A stretch of DNA of 63,085 bases, counting the filler, from Bigelowiella natans CCMP2755 (Eukaryota; Protista; Cercozoa), in NCBI GenBank assembly GCA_000320545.1. It is 6 parts of 6 records of this genome, joined end to end, with 100 filler letters (N's around TTAATTAATTAA, not from the genome) between each part and the next. Parts side by side here need not be neighbours in the genome. Positions count along the whole stretch, not along the records: positions 1 to 28,801 come from ADNK01000161.1; positions 28,902 to 33,849 come from ADNK01001793.1; positions 33,950 to 39,731 come from ADNK01000706.1; 3 more parts are not named here. One strand, written 5' to 3'. How positions within the stretch are numbered: the stretch's first letter is position 1; each line of letters opens with the position of its first letter. This document shows, piece after piece, positions 25,853-36,726 of the stretch. The notes beneath the pieces are model-generated. The model was not told the origin of the DNA and ran no database searches. It saw nothing but the letters and a program-made list of their open reading frames with translations. Made by a program: the position numbers and the translations under genes.

Positions 25853-27199
25853 ATGAGTGACTCCGATTCTTCTATCAGCGACGAAGATAGCCGCAGGGTG
25901 TCTGAGAGGGATTCGAGGAGGAAAAGGGGGGATCGGGGAAGAGACAGAAGAAACAATAACTCATCGCGCCGCTCGCAGTCTCGCTCTCGCTCTCGCTCTC
26001 GGGATCGAGGGCGCAGGAGCAGAGGGCGGAGTGGTAGAAAGCAAGAGCGTAAGAGAGATAATCGCCGATGGTCGAGTTCACCCTCCCGTTCTCGCTCTCC
26101 CCCCCCTCAAAGGCGGAAGAAAAGGTCGCGCACTCCCGAAAGACCCAGGAGAGATAGCCCTACATACAGCCCGTATAAAGGACCTCCAAAGTCGCCAAAA
26201 CCGATCCGCAGAGGTGCAATATGGGCGAACTCGGACGACGATGCCCCACCTCCCGATTCTGATGATGATGACTCCGAAATTGAAGAGTCAGCCTCCGAGG
26301 AGGAAGAAAGCCCTCCCAGAAAGAGCAAAAAGTCAAAAAAGAAGAAAGCCAGTGACAGTGACGAGGAAGAGGGAGACTCCGGTTCGTCGAGCTCTAAGGT
26401 AGACAAGAGCAAAGATAAAGAGGATGATGCTAATGCGGGAAGTGATTCCGACTCTGAAGAAGAAAGGGCAAAGAGAAAGAAGAAGAAAGCCAAGAAGAAA
26501 TCTAAGAAGAAAAAGAAAAAATCTAAGAAGAAAAAAAAGAAGGCGAAGAAGAAAAAGAGACACAGCAGTTCTGATGACGACGAGGGCAGCGATGACGAAG
26601 TGGAGAAGGAGGAAGAGGAAACTGTAGAACCGAAAGCTAGCACGAAAAGCAGCGACGACGACGACGACAACGACAACAAACAAGTGGACACTGTGGAGAA
26701 AACCAGCCATGAGCTAGTAGTTGCTGTAGATAAAGACGATGATCAGCAGAAAGTCGTTAATGCCGGGGACATGTGGGAGGAGAACCAGAACAACATGGTG
26801 CAAGATTCTGATGACAGCGAGGACGACTTTGTGGGTCCAGCTCGGCCCGTCGAAGAGCAGAGCATCATGGCGGAGCATAAGTACGGAGGTGCGTTGATGC
26901 CTGGAGAAGGTCAAGCTATTGCATCGTACGTGATGAATGGACAGCGTATCCCGCGGCGTGGTGAAGTCGGTCTAACAAGTAAGCAGATCTCTGCGTACGA
27001 AGACCTTGGCTATGTAATGAGTGGTTCTCGCCACAAGCGCATGAACGCCATCCGTATCCGTAAGGAGAACCAAGTCTACAGTGTGGAGGAAAAGCGGGCC
27101 TTGTCGATGCTCAACTTCGAGGAAAAGGCTGCGAGGGAGAAAAAGCTGATGGCCGATTTCCGGACTTTCTTAACGAAGAAGAGTGGGGAGGAAAAGTAG
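25853..27199 (+). CDS. NKAP: NF-kappa-B-activating protein (NKAP) family, intronless, RS/Lys/acidic low-complexity N-terminus
   Basis: C-terminal domain YGGALMPGEGQAIASYV.NGQRIPRRGEVGLTS..I.AYEDLGYVMSGSRHKRMNAIRIRKENQVYSVEEKRAL; RS repeats upstream. Confidence 0.95.
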   Translation: MSDSDSSISDEDSRRVSERDSRRKRGDRGRDRRNNNSSRRSQSRSRSRSRDRGRRSRGRSGRKQERKRDNRRWSSSPSRSRSPPPQRRKKRSRTPERPRRDSPTYSPYKGPPKSPKPIRRGAIWANSDDDAPPPDSDDDDSEIEESASEEEESPPRKSKKSKKKKASDSDEEEGDSGSSSSKVDKSKDKEDDANAGSDSDSEEERAKRKKKKAKKKSKKKKKKSKKKKKKAKKKKRHSSSDDDEGSDDEVEKEEEETVEPKASTKSSDDDDDNDNKQVDTVEKTSHELVVAVDKDDDQQKVVNAGDMWEENQNNMVQDSDDSEDDFVGPARPVEEQSIMAEHKYGGALMPGEGQAIASYVMNGQRIPRRGEVGLTSKQISAYEDLGYVMSGSRHKRMNAIRIRKENQVYSVEEKRALSMLNFEEKAAREKKLMADFRTFLTKKSGEEK

Positions 27200-28224
27200 G
27201 AGGAGGAAGAGGCTGGAATCGGACCTGTTACAGAAGGCTGCTATCATTTGTCATTGCCTTCTTTTTTTTTTGGCAACCGAAGATAAAGTCATATGCGCGA
27301 GTATACTTTATATTTATATTAGTTTTATGGATGTGTAAATGTTACGCCAGAGGGCTTGGGTTATCTATTTATGAAGCTATATATTGCTCAAAGATGTTAT
27401 GTGCAGCACACAACATGATATGGAAATATTTCTTTTGGGCGTCGCCGCGGCATGCATCTCTAGATCTAGCTCGCGCGCATATCTAGATGAGGCTACGTGT
27501 GCGGTGATCGAGTAATGAGCACACTAGCTAGCTAGCACTGCTAGGAAGCATGCCATATAGTCATGCTAGCATGTCTTGTCTAGAAGTGATGCAACTGTGC
27601 TAGCTACGTACGGTACACACGTGCGAATCATGACTTAGATATTACACGTAAGCTTGCCTAGTTACGATTAATTCTAAAGATGTCTGTATCGGTGTGGTCT
27701 GTGCACGGCGGCGTCATAGACAAACTCATGTGCCTCATTGCAAGTAACGCAAAGTCACATGTCATGCGTTCCGGTGGATCAACATACGGCCGCGGCGGGA
27801 GCTACACAGCTACAACACTTTTTGCATTCGTCGTCGCGCGTAGTATTCAATGATGGCATAACACAAAAATGCATTTCATCATCGCAACGTTTTCCTAGAA
27901 CTTCAATGTATACATTTATCCGTCTGCAGAGCCATAGCTAGGTAGCTCTAAATATATTGCGCTCAAGCCATGTCTAGATCGAACTTGTCAGCATTGGACA
28001 CATCACTGATGCGACCTCCCATCACCATATATTTTTTGAGTATAATGTGTACAATGTTATAACTAGGAGAGGAGCATGTCGACAAGTTTGCTGCTATGTG
28101 CGGCAATCTTCATTCTATTAATCACAGCTCCGGTGACGGTGTGGGTGTTATTCTATCTATTTATAGGATACGCACGGCACTAACAGGCACTTGCTGGTCT
28201 AACTTATTATTGACGTGTGCCCTA

Positions 28225-28486
28225 CCCAATGCATCAAAACTATGTAAAATGGTGTTCCGAGCAACTGCGTCTCATACGGGAGATGGTTGTTTTGTGCAAC
28301 CATGTTATAAATATTTATATAATATCTTTTCAAAGCTAGGGGGCAACCACTTTCGTCGTGCCAGGCGCTTCGTAGGATTCCATACTCTGCAACGGGATTA
28401 AGGATCAGCCAATCATTGCGGATTTGAATGTACGACAGTGGGAAGAGGGGGAGGGGTGAGGAGAGATGATTTTTGCACGCGCGCGC

Positions 28487-28527
<41 letters not shown>

Positions 28528-28672
28528 TGTGTTTGAGTATGTTTGTTGCTTTGCGCCTTGTCATCTTCATTCATTCCTTCAATATTTATTGATCTATCGT
28601 TAAGGCACCCCGTAGCGCAGGTCCCCGTCCTCGCCTCTCTTCCTCATAGAGCCAATATTCTTCGCAGCGGCA
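28225..28672 (-). CDS. Possible 3' exons of an unidentified gene truncated by the gap
   Basis: AG/GT-bounded short segments on the minus strand (e.g. GAAAKNIGSMRKRGEDGDLRYG). Frame is ambiguous and no family was recognised. Confidence 0.25.
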
Positions 28673-28681
28673 CCTTTTCAC

Positions 28682-28722
<41 letters not shown>

Positions 28723-28801
28723 TGCACATATTAGAGCAAAACCAACTGTTTGTTCCCATCGCACCCCCACTTTCTGTTTTGGAACACCAGCGAAGAACGA
28801 A

Positions 28802-28901
28802 NNNNNNNNNNNNNNNNNNNNNNNNNNNNNNNNNNNNNNNNNNNNTTAATTAATTAANNNNNNNNNNNNNNNNNNNNNNNNNNNNNNNNNNNNNNNNNNN
28901 N
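28802..28901. other. Artificial contig linker (N-run with TTAATTAATTAA six-frame stop)
   Basis: 100-nt N..TTAATTAATTAA..N block; genes on either side do not continue across it. Confidence 0.97.
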
Positions 28902-28945
28902 ACAAAGAAATAACTTCTTATAAGACACATGTGCTCACCACATGC

Positions 28946-28984
<39 letters not shown>

Positions 28985-29011
28985 GTTTGTGCATATTTGT
29001 TCGCGTTGCAG

Positions 29012-29255
29012 AGACCGTCTATGTGCGCCTATTAGTGAGTACAGCAAGATAGCCAAGGAAGCAGATATGTCCGTTACGACACTTGCACTAGCGTTCTGCA
29101 AGGTGTTATTTAGCATTGTTGTTGACGACGATGATGGTGATGGTGATTCAGTGCGACTATGTTCTTCATCCTGAGAGCACCGCTATTAAGGCGTTTGTTC
29201 CAAAGCACAGATCGGCCATAGATGATGGCAGGGACTTTCAAATTGTTTTCGTCGC

Positions 29256-29286
<31 letters not shown>

Positions 29287-29614
29287 GCATGCATTCCGAT
29301 GTATCTTTGTGAGCATGAGTGAGATGATGAAAGTATTATGGTGTCTCTTCTTCTTCTTCTTCTTCAGTCGCAGGTGTTTATTCCCTCGACTATCATAGGA
29401 GCTACGACAATGCAGCAACTCAAAGTGAGGAGGAGAATGAGGAGGAGTGTACCTGTGGAAATATGATGATGACGATATGTAGATGATGACATTCATATTA
29501 GATGTTGTTTTTACGTATAATATATTTGTGTTACCATTGTCAGGAGAACATTGCTGCTTTTTCTATCAAATTGCCTCAGGTCGACATTAACCCCACCCCC
29601 CCTTCCCTTCACAC

Positions 29615-29690
<76 letters not shown>

Positions 29691-29882
29691 AGAGATCGGC
29701 CGCTCCTCACACAAGCCGTTCTTCATGTTATCAAACGTGACCGTTTGCTTTCAATGCATGAGAGTATCTATCATTCACATCCATCCATTCAATGTAATAT
29801 TGCATGTGTCCTGCAGTCTGTTCTGGATTCCATCGATGATGTGCACCGCCGTTATCCAAATGCGTCAAACTTTGACGGCTAA
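29012..29882 (+). CDS. Aldo-keto reductase (Tas-like), C-terminal exons only
   Basis: Exons splice to EYSKIAKEADMSVTTLALAFCK|SQVFIPSTIIGATTMQQLK|ENIAAFSIKLPQ|SVLDSIDDVHRRYPNA..*, the AKR C-terminal STIIGAT..QL.EN motif. Confidence 0.88.
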
Positions 29883-29980
29883 GCAAGCTTTGGACTGAAG
29901 AGGAGGCAACCTATGTGCATGCGTATCTGAAACCGCTGTGCATTGTGAGTAATGTCATTCGCAAATGCAAAATATCTTTA

Positions 29981-31114
29981 GGCAGAGTGTGAATGCATGT
30001 GCCCTGTTGTGTTGCATCCACAAAACATGATGCATCTGAGCCTGCATGTCTAGACATTGTCCCATGAGAAAACGCAAGAAAGCAAACTTCTCTTCCATGA
30101 GAACTTGATCAGTAGACAGATCACGACGCTTGTGCAGCACCATTGTCGGACACCATTGCTCAGATTGTCGGCATTGTGATTTGGCCTGCACTGGTGTGTC
30201 TCACAAAGTGTGAACACACGTGAGTGGTCACGCAACATGCAAAAGTGACAAATTCGTACATGTGACAATCAACCGGAGCAGCCAGAGATGGAAGTTCAAA
30301 ATCCCCATCGAACGCTGCAAACGTCGCAACGTGGCTGAGCGAGTGACGTGAGTGAACCATTGTGTGTGCGTGCGGTGATCAACGCAAGCTCTGCTCGCTC
30401 CATGCTCAGCATGGAACGATGCGAAGGCCAGTTCTTCCCAACATCGTCACGCTCACGTTTAACTTTGAACTCGCTTCGATCGCATTCCAGCATTGCTAGA
30501 TTGCTGCAGTCACCTGCTAGTCTGGTCATCACGCGTGCCACGAAGCGTGTGCCACTTGAAAACAAGGACTTGGACACAGTCACGCGACTCTCTGGCTGTG
30601 GTGGCAAAAGCCATCGCCGCAAGTGTGAACACGAAACAAACAACAAGCAAACAAACGAACGAACACGCACGAAAGCAGCCAGCATTGCTGATCGAATTGA
30701 TGCAGTGCGAGCTAGCGAGGGCTTTTTTGGCAAGAGGGCTGCAATTCTCGCACCCAACGCGATCGTGAGAATGAGCACAAGTGAACGAGTGGACACGATG
30801 CTGTCACACGTTTGAACGACTTTGTGAAAGGATTGAACTTTTTTCAGTTTTCAAACTTCCCTTTTTGTCCGGGACCTTTCGAGCACATCTTCTCCCGTGG
30901 GAGGTCCAGAGGTGCACCCAACGCTCGTTTCAATTCTTTGTTCAACACTTGCAAGAGTGTCACCACACAGGTTGTGTTCTCGATGCGCTTTTGCTCGATG
31001 GCATCCGCGAACAATGGCAGAATGCATGCACCCCACACGGTTGGAACCCTCCATCAATTGTGCAGTGGATGGCGTTGCAATGAAATGTTTTGCAACTTCT
31101 TTGGGCATTTTTTG
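29981..31114. pseudogene. TpA-depleted decayed island (1.1 kb), possibly a dead gene copy or transposon relic
   Basis: 7 TA in 1134 bp by hand count, 4 of them in CTAG, and none in 30715-31114. Many overlapping ORFs almost devoid of Tyr. Confidence 0.55.
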
Positions 31115-31185
31115 TAAGATGTATTTTGTTCAAAATTCGATCTACAATATTCTTTCACGGCAACAATAACAACAGTTGTTCGACG

Positions 31186-32249
31186 ATGAGGCTCCTCCCC
31201 CGTTGCCTTCGTCGAGGCACATCTTCAAATCCTGTGGTCAGATTGTCCTTTCCTAGAGCGTCCCCTGTCATCACAGGGTATCGTGCTCCTCTACTCTCTC
31301 GGTGAGTTAGCGACAGATGGAATGGTGATGGGGAAAGGAGATATTGAGTACTTCTTAATGTAGGGCACTGTCATCATCATCATCATCATCGGGTTTCCTC
31401 CCATCGGACATGCCAGTCTTGGAAGTAGGCGCCACAGAGTCCTCGATTCACCAATTGAGAGGCTGGACGCTGCCCTACCAGCTCCAGTGAGTCTGATATA
31501 TGAAACATATGTAGAACATAGATGGACTCACCCACTGCTATACCGATGATACACTATGATTCGCCAATTGTTATTCACACATGCCCAAATCCTTAGAGAC
31601 TTGTCGCTTCTTTTCATCATATTTTCAAACCTATTCCGTAGCGCCAAGTCTGAAGGGTCAAAGCTCGTCCCGCGAATTAAGATGGATGTTGAGGTAGCAG
31701 CTGCTCCTGTGCTCAAATTAGTCATCGAAGGCTTTGGGTGATGACTTCATGAAAATGATGTTCACAGGGTAAGTGGTCGAGGGAGGAGAAGCCTATCGCA
31801 GACATTCTTAGAGCGAGCGGTAACTGGCAATTATTCCATAACAAACGGAATTTTAAAAAAAGGAATTTGATTATCCATCTCTGATATAGTCAACAGCACC
31901 GCACCAGTGTACCCATTCTCACCTCGCACTTTTAATTTTTCAATGGCCCGCCATAGCGACTTGGGATTGAATACAACTGAACGTTTGTTTTGATTCGCAC
32001 ACTTAATCAGACCTCCACATCCGAGACTTCATATCTTTAGAATCCCCAACAGTAACGACGATTCATACGACAAGGAAGGCTATAGGTGAGAGAATCACTA
32101 ACTGCTCATGGTCTATCTGTTACCCCTGCACTTTCACATCTTTGTTCTATGTCTTCCAATATCTCGAATCGTTTTCTGAAACTTCCCCCCTTTGCAGCTC
32201 TTTTGTGGTGCGTTCCCTCCTCGTCCACTTGCTTAACGATTTCCTTTTT

Positions 32250-32285
<36 letters not shown>

Positions 32286-32547
32286 ATTCTCTTTGTTATG
32301 GCTACTTTCTTCCAACAGTCGTCGCTATGTCTCACGTGAGAATAGTGATTCATCCGAACGAAGTTCATTTCTACCAAACACATCGCCCCATAGTGAGTGC
32401 TTGATGTTGTGTCTAAGCTGATATATAAAGAATAAATATAATTAATTCGTCTTTACTACATTGAAGTTTCCTAATTTTTACCTAGCACAACATCCATAGA
32501 TACTGCTTACACAAAATAAATAGCAGCCAATGCTGCCAAAGTTGATT

Positions 32548-32580
<33 letters not shown>

Positions 32581-32611
32581 TTACCACAACTACCAAACTC
32601 ATTAACCAAAA

Positions 32612-32657
<46 letters not shown>

Positions 32658-32856
32658 TGTTGCTAGTGCTGAAAGATATGTCGTTTATTTGTGGTACTAC
32701 TACAAGGTGAAGGACTTCATCCAGAGCATGAGCGAATACCTCTCATTGTGCACGCAAATGAAACGTAGTAGTGTGAGGAGCGAAATTAAGAAATAGAAGG
32801 GGAGTATGGATGATGCTAACTTATAAAGATTTAGTGCTTGCAATACTTGGGATTAC

Positions 32857-32891
<35 letters not shown>

Positions 32892-33578
32892 CGTGATGAA
32901 CATATATCGTCAGGAAACGCCAAAGTCAACCTAGATTTTGGAGTGATTTGCCTTGAAGGCGTATTCTCCTCGGTAGTAGCAGTAGAAGTGGTAGCAGTGC
33001 GAATACACGAAACCAGGAGATTTGCCATCAAAATAGAAGAAGAAGAAGAAGAAGAAGAAGAAGAAGAAGAAGAAATATAAACAAATGCGTACGACTTCAA
33101 CTGAAAACGAAATACTGCTATCTTTATCATCATCGTCATCACCACCACCACCACCACCGCTATTTTCCTTCAGGTTGCGACGAAATATGCACGCCGTGTC
33201 TACTGCTTCCAGCCTGTGCTAGAGTAATTTCTTCTTACAGAATAATAATAATGACAATAATAATGATGATTATGAAGAGGAATAACCTTCGATAAATTTA
33301 GACACATCTTTCAAAAAATATTCAATTCGTATCGCATATGGAGTGGTGAGTGAGCAGCCTGGCACGATAGTGATGATGAAGTGCTTGTTTGCGTGCAATA
33401 CCAAGCTCGAATAGTGAGGATATTGTTGGCTATTGGCCACGTAGATAATAATCTCTCTTAAATAAATCAACGAGTATGAACGACTGTACTACTACCATCG
33501 TGTTTCGCATCACAGCGGCACGTTGAAGGATTTGAGGAAGAATGAGCTTAAAGCAGCACAGCGACGAACGATTGCAAG
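31186..33578 (+). CDS. MRS2/CorA-family mitochondrial Mg2+ transporter, N-terminal part (truncated by gap)
   Basis: Presequence MRLLPRCLRRGTSS..., then DLHIRDFISL...TTRKAIVVAMSHVRIVIHPNEVHFY...LDFGVICLEGVFSSVA. This resembles the MRS2 L..RDLR / AILVNLEHIRAII / PFEF.ALE motifs. The GMN motif is not in the window. Confidence 0.65.
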
Positions 33579-33849
33579 GTGAGACAAATGTCACGAGCAT
33601 CATCATCTATTCACGTGCTACTTTTGCGTCATGCGTTGTTCTTTCTTTGAGCAAGCGAAGGTGATGCTGAGAGACGTTTTCTCTTCTTGCACGAAGAGCA
33701 ACCTGAATACTGCCCGCACAATCGTTTTGAATGATGAAGAGACTGCTTCATCTCCCCCCCCCCCCCCCTCCCGTCGTCGTCCTCCTCAGAATGCTGCCGC
33801 TGCGAAATAGCTTGAGTCGTTTTGAGCAGGCAAGCGATTCATTGCTCAA

Positions 33850-33949
33850 NNNNNNNNNNNNNNNNNNNNNNNNNNNNNNNNNNNNNNNNNNNNTTAATTA
33901 ATTAANNNNNNNNNNNNNNNNNNNNNNNNNNNNNNNNNNNNNNNNNNNN
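33850..33949. other. Artificial contig linker
   Basis: N..TTAATTAATTAA..N, 100 nt. Confidence 0.97.
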
Positions 33950-34473
33950 GGCCCGCATCCAGGATCCATCTCACGCACACACCACTCCCACTCTATTAGC
34001 TGAGCAGGCGTAATATTTCGACGTCCATATAGACCTACGGTAGTATTCACCTCAGTTGTTTTGAATTATTCTTTTCATCTGTCTCCTCCCATCCAGTAGT
34101 CCTGGGAGGGTAGCATGAGTGGGAACGCCGTGAGAAGGTCATGTGCGTGTCGTGAGAACATAATGGCCGCCAAGGTGCAGTCACTGTCATGGGTTTGTCT
34201 CAGAGTCCTCCTCCTCCTCCTCCCCTCCCCCCTTGAACAATATATTCAGTAGACAGCGGCAGAACGGCAGCAGCCAAAGAAGAAGAAGAAGAAGAGATCA
34301 GTTCTCCACACACAGAAGGAAGAAGGAAAAGATGATGATGAGTGTGAATAAGAAGAAGAAGGAAAAGGTGAAAGAGAAGGCCGATAAGCCAGCGACAACG
34401 GAAAAAAAGAAGATGAAGCGTAGAAGAGGGCAATCTAGTGCTGAGAGAAAAAGACGCAGAAGGGTATGGATTG

Positions 34474-34519
<46 letters not shown>

Positions 34520-35158
34520 TACGTATAAATATGCATAGCACTGGTTATTTCACAAAAGAGGACTTCCACAATTGACAATAGCAATGCCTTCAAGATAGCA
34601 ACGATGCCTTTCACACGAATGGCGCCCCTGTCGCCGATTGTTGGTGTTCTTTCGTTTTTCCCACGACTTTGTTGTTGCTTGCTGCTCTTGGGCCCCGTCG
34701 GTTGAGGACTCCTGTTCCGATGGGAAATGTTTGAAGACGAGAGATTTTCGATCAAAGAAGAAGAAGAACATGGAAGATGATGATGAGGATGATGATGATG
34801 ATGATGATGACGATTATGACATTTGGAACACGGTCCAACTACCGACCTGATCGTGCCGCCGTGTTGTTTGCGCTGTCATTCGTGTGACCCTTGGCCAGGG
34901 CTATGTGGAGATGGTGACGGAGTAAGTGAAACAAATCAACGACTCCCCCCCCCCCCCCCCTTCCTCAATCGAACAGTGTTAACCAAACAGTCGTCGTTTG
35001 TATGTGGATGATCGATACGCTAGCAAGTGAGAGTTCTCTTTCCGATGTTTCTCCTATTCCGCTCATCATCATCAACACGAGCACATCGACCATCGATTCT
35101 CCCCTCTCGCGTCGCCAAGCACCCCGTTAAAACGCTGCATCGTTGCCTTTTGTCACAG

Positions 35159-35546
35159 CGAATCTCAGGAGGACCTCTTCTTTGAAGCTACCAAAATCCA
35201 GCGACAGAAAAACAAACGGACTATGTAGGATGATAGAATATGGAGGGGGGCGGGGAGGGGGCAAGGAAAAAGCGCGCGGGAAAGGGGGGGGGGGGGGTTG
35301 GCCGAAAACACCAAGAGAGATGTTCCAGAGGAGATAAGATATGGTTCGCGCTCTAGTCTTCTTGTGCATTTTTGTGTATTGTGAGTTTGCTAATAAATCC
35401 AAAGTACTGAGCTATGCAATATACTCGCAGGGCTCGAGAAGGACGGCGAAAACTTCGCATTCTACGCGATTTCGGTGCTTATCAACTAATTTTCTATTTC
35501 TCTCGTATCCCCCCCCCCGCCAACACATACACGCAAGCACACACAT

Positions 35547-35588
<42 letters not shown>

Positions 35589-36688
35589 TCCCAAAAAGCA
35601 CGGGCATAACCCACCTCCACTCACCCTCCCCCCACAGGACGCGGTCACCGCAAAAGAACTGAGAAAGAATCGTTTGACCCTGGAGACTTCCGCATCAAAA
35701 AGAGGGAAGTGGTACGATATGTGTAGCTTAGCGATCCAAATGTGTAAGAATATAAAGCCTTGCTCTCATTTATCAATCACAAATATGGTCTAAGATCCTG
35801 CTATTCTAGCCCCCTCCCTCCCAGCCACCCCTCTTACTCTCTATTAATGTGTGTGTGTGTGTGTGTGCGCGCGCACGCGCGCGCGCGTCGATGCCTAATT
35901 TCACATCTTACGTTGTTATCGGCGTGATTCACTATCCTTAGAGATCGGAAGGGTTTCGCAGAAGTCGCCAAAAGTATGCAAATAGCAGCGGCATGATGAT
36001 TAGTTCTTCCTGCTCTTTCACTGCCCAAGCTCTTCTGTATTTGTCATTGGAATATGGCCTTGGCGCCGTCCTTCGCCAAGATATACTTTGTCGCATCAAC
36101 GCCTCACCTCTTTTCCTACTACACCTATGTGGTGATTAACATGGAGGGCAAGTGTACTGAGGGTTTTTTTGAATAAAATACGGCAGAAGGGGTAGCCGCT
36201 GTCCTCTCCATATAGCAATGGATGGTGGTTTTCCTTCATAATGTTCTGTAGCTTTCGCGATGTGATAAAAGACGCACTCTCGCGTGCGTCCTTGTCTTGT
36301 AGAGCTGAGAATTGTTGGCATTCTGCGCCCTCTTTGTGTCAGGCGGCAGCCCCGACCGAAGGAGGATCCCAATGCATCAGTTTGGAGACGAATCAAAAGC
36401 AAGTAAATCGTTTTCTGGCGCATTGGGCGAGAGAAAAAGAGGGGGAGGGGGGAGAGAGAAAGAGGAGGAGATAGGGGGAGAGGGAGGGAGGGAGACGATT
36501 GATGGTCGCTAGTTGTACTAACAAAAGGTTAGTCAGTAGCGATTCTAAGCGTCGTTGCTGTTTATCTGCAGAGTCAAGTACGAGCTCTCCAAGGCGCGGT
36601 TTGGGGAGGCATATATCGACGTATTCAACAACACTCATTCCCTTTGCTTCTTTCTTCGCATCTTTCGATTCTTCCTCTGCACAATTGA

Positions 36689-36726
<38 letters not shown>

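Noticed and set aside
26107-26710. Antisense Ser/Phe-rich ORFs (also 57962-58519)
   Set aside because: Shadows of low-complexity Lys/Glu/Asp codons in NKAP and kinesin.
33950-35100. Lys/Arg-rich exon-like segment at the start of contig 3
   Set aside because: May be 5' exons of the PHD gene or a separate gene end; the frame could not be fixed, so it is not annotated.
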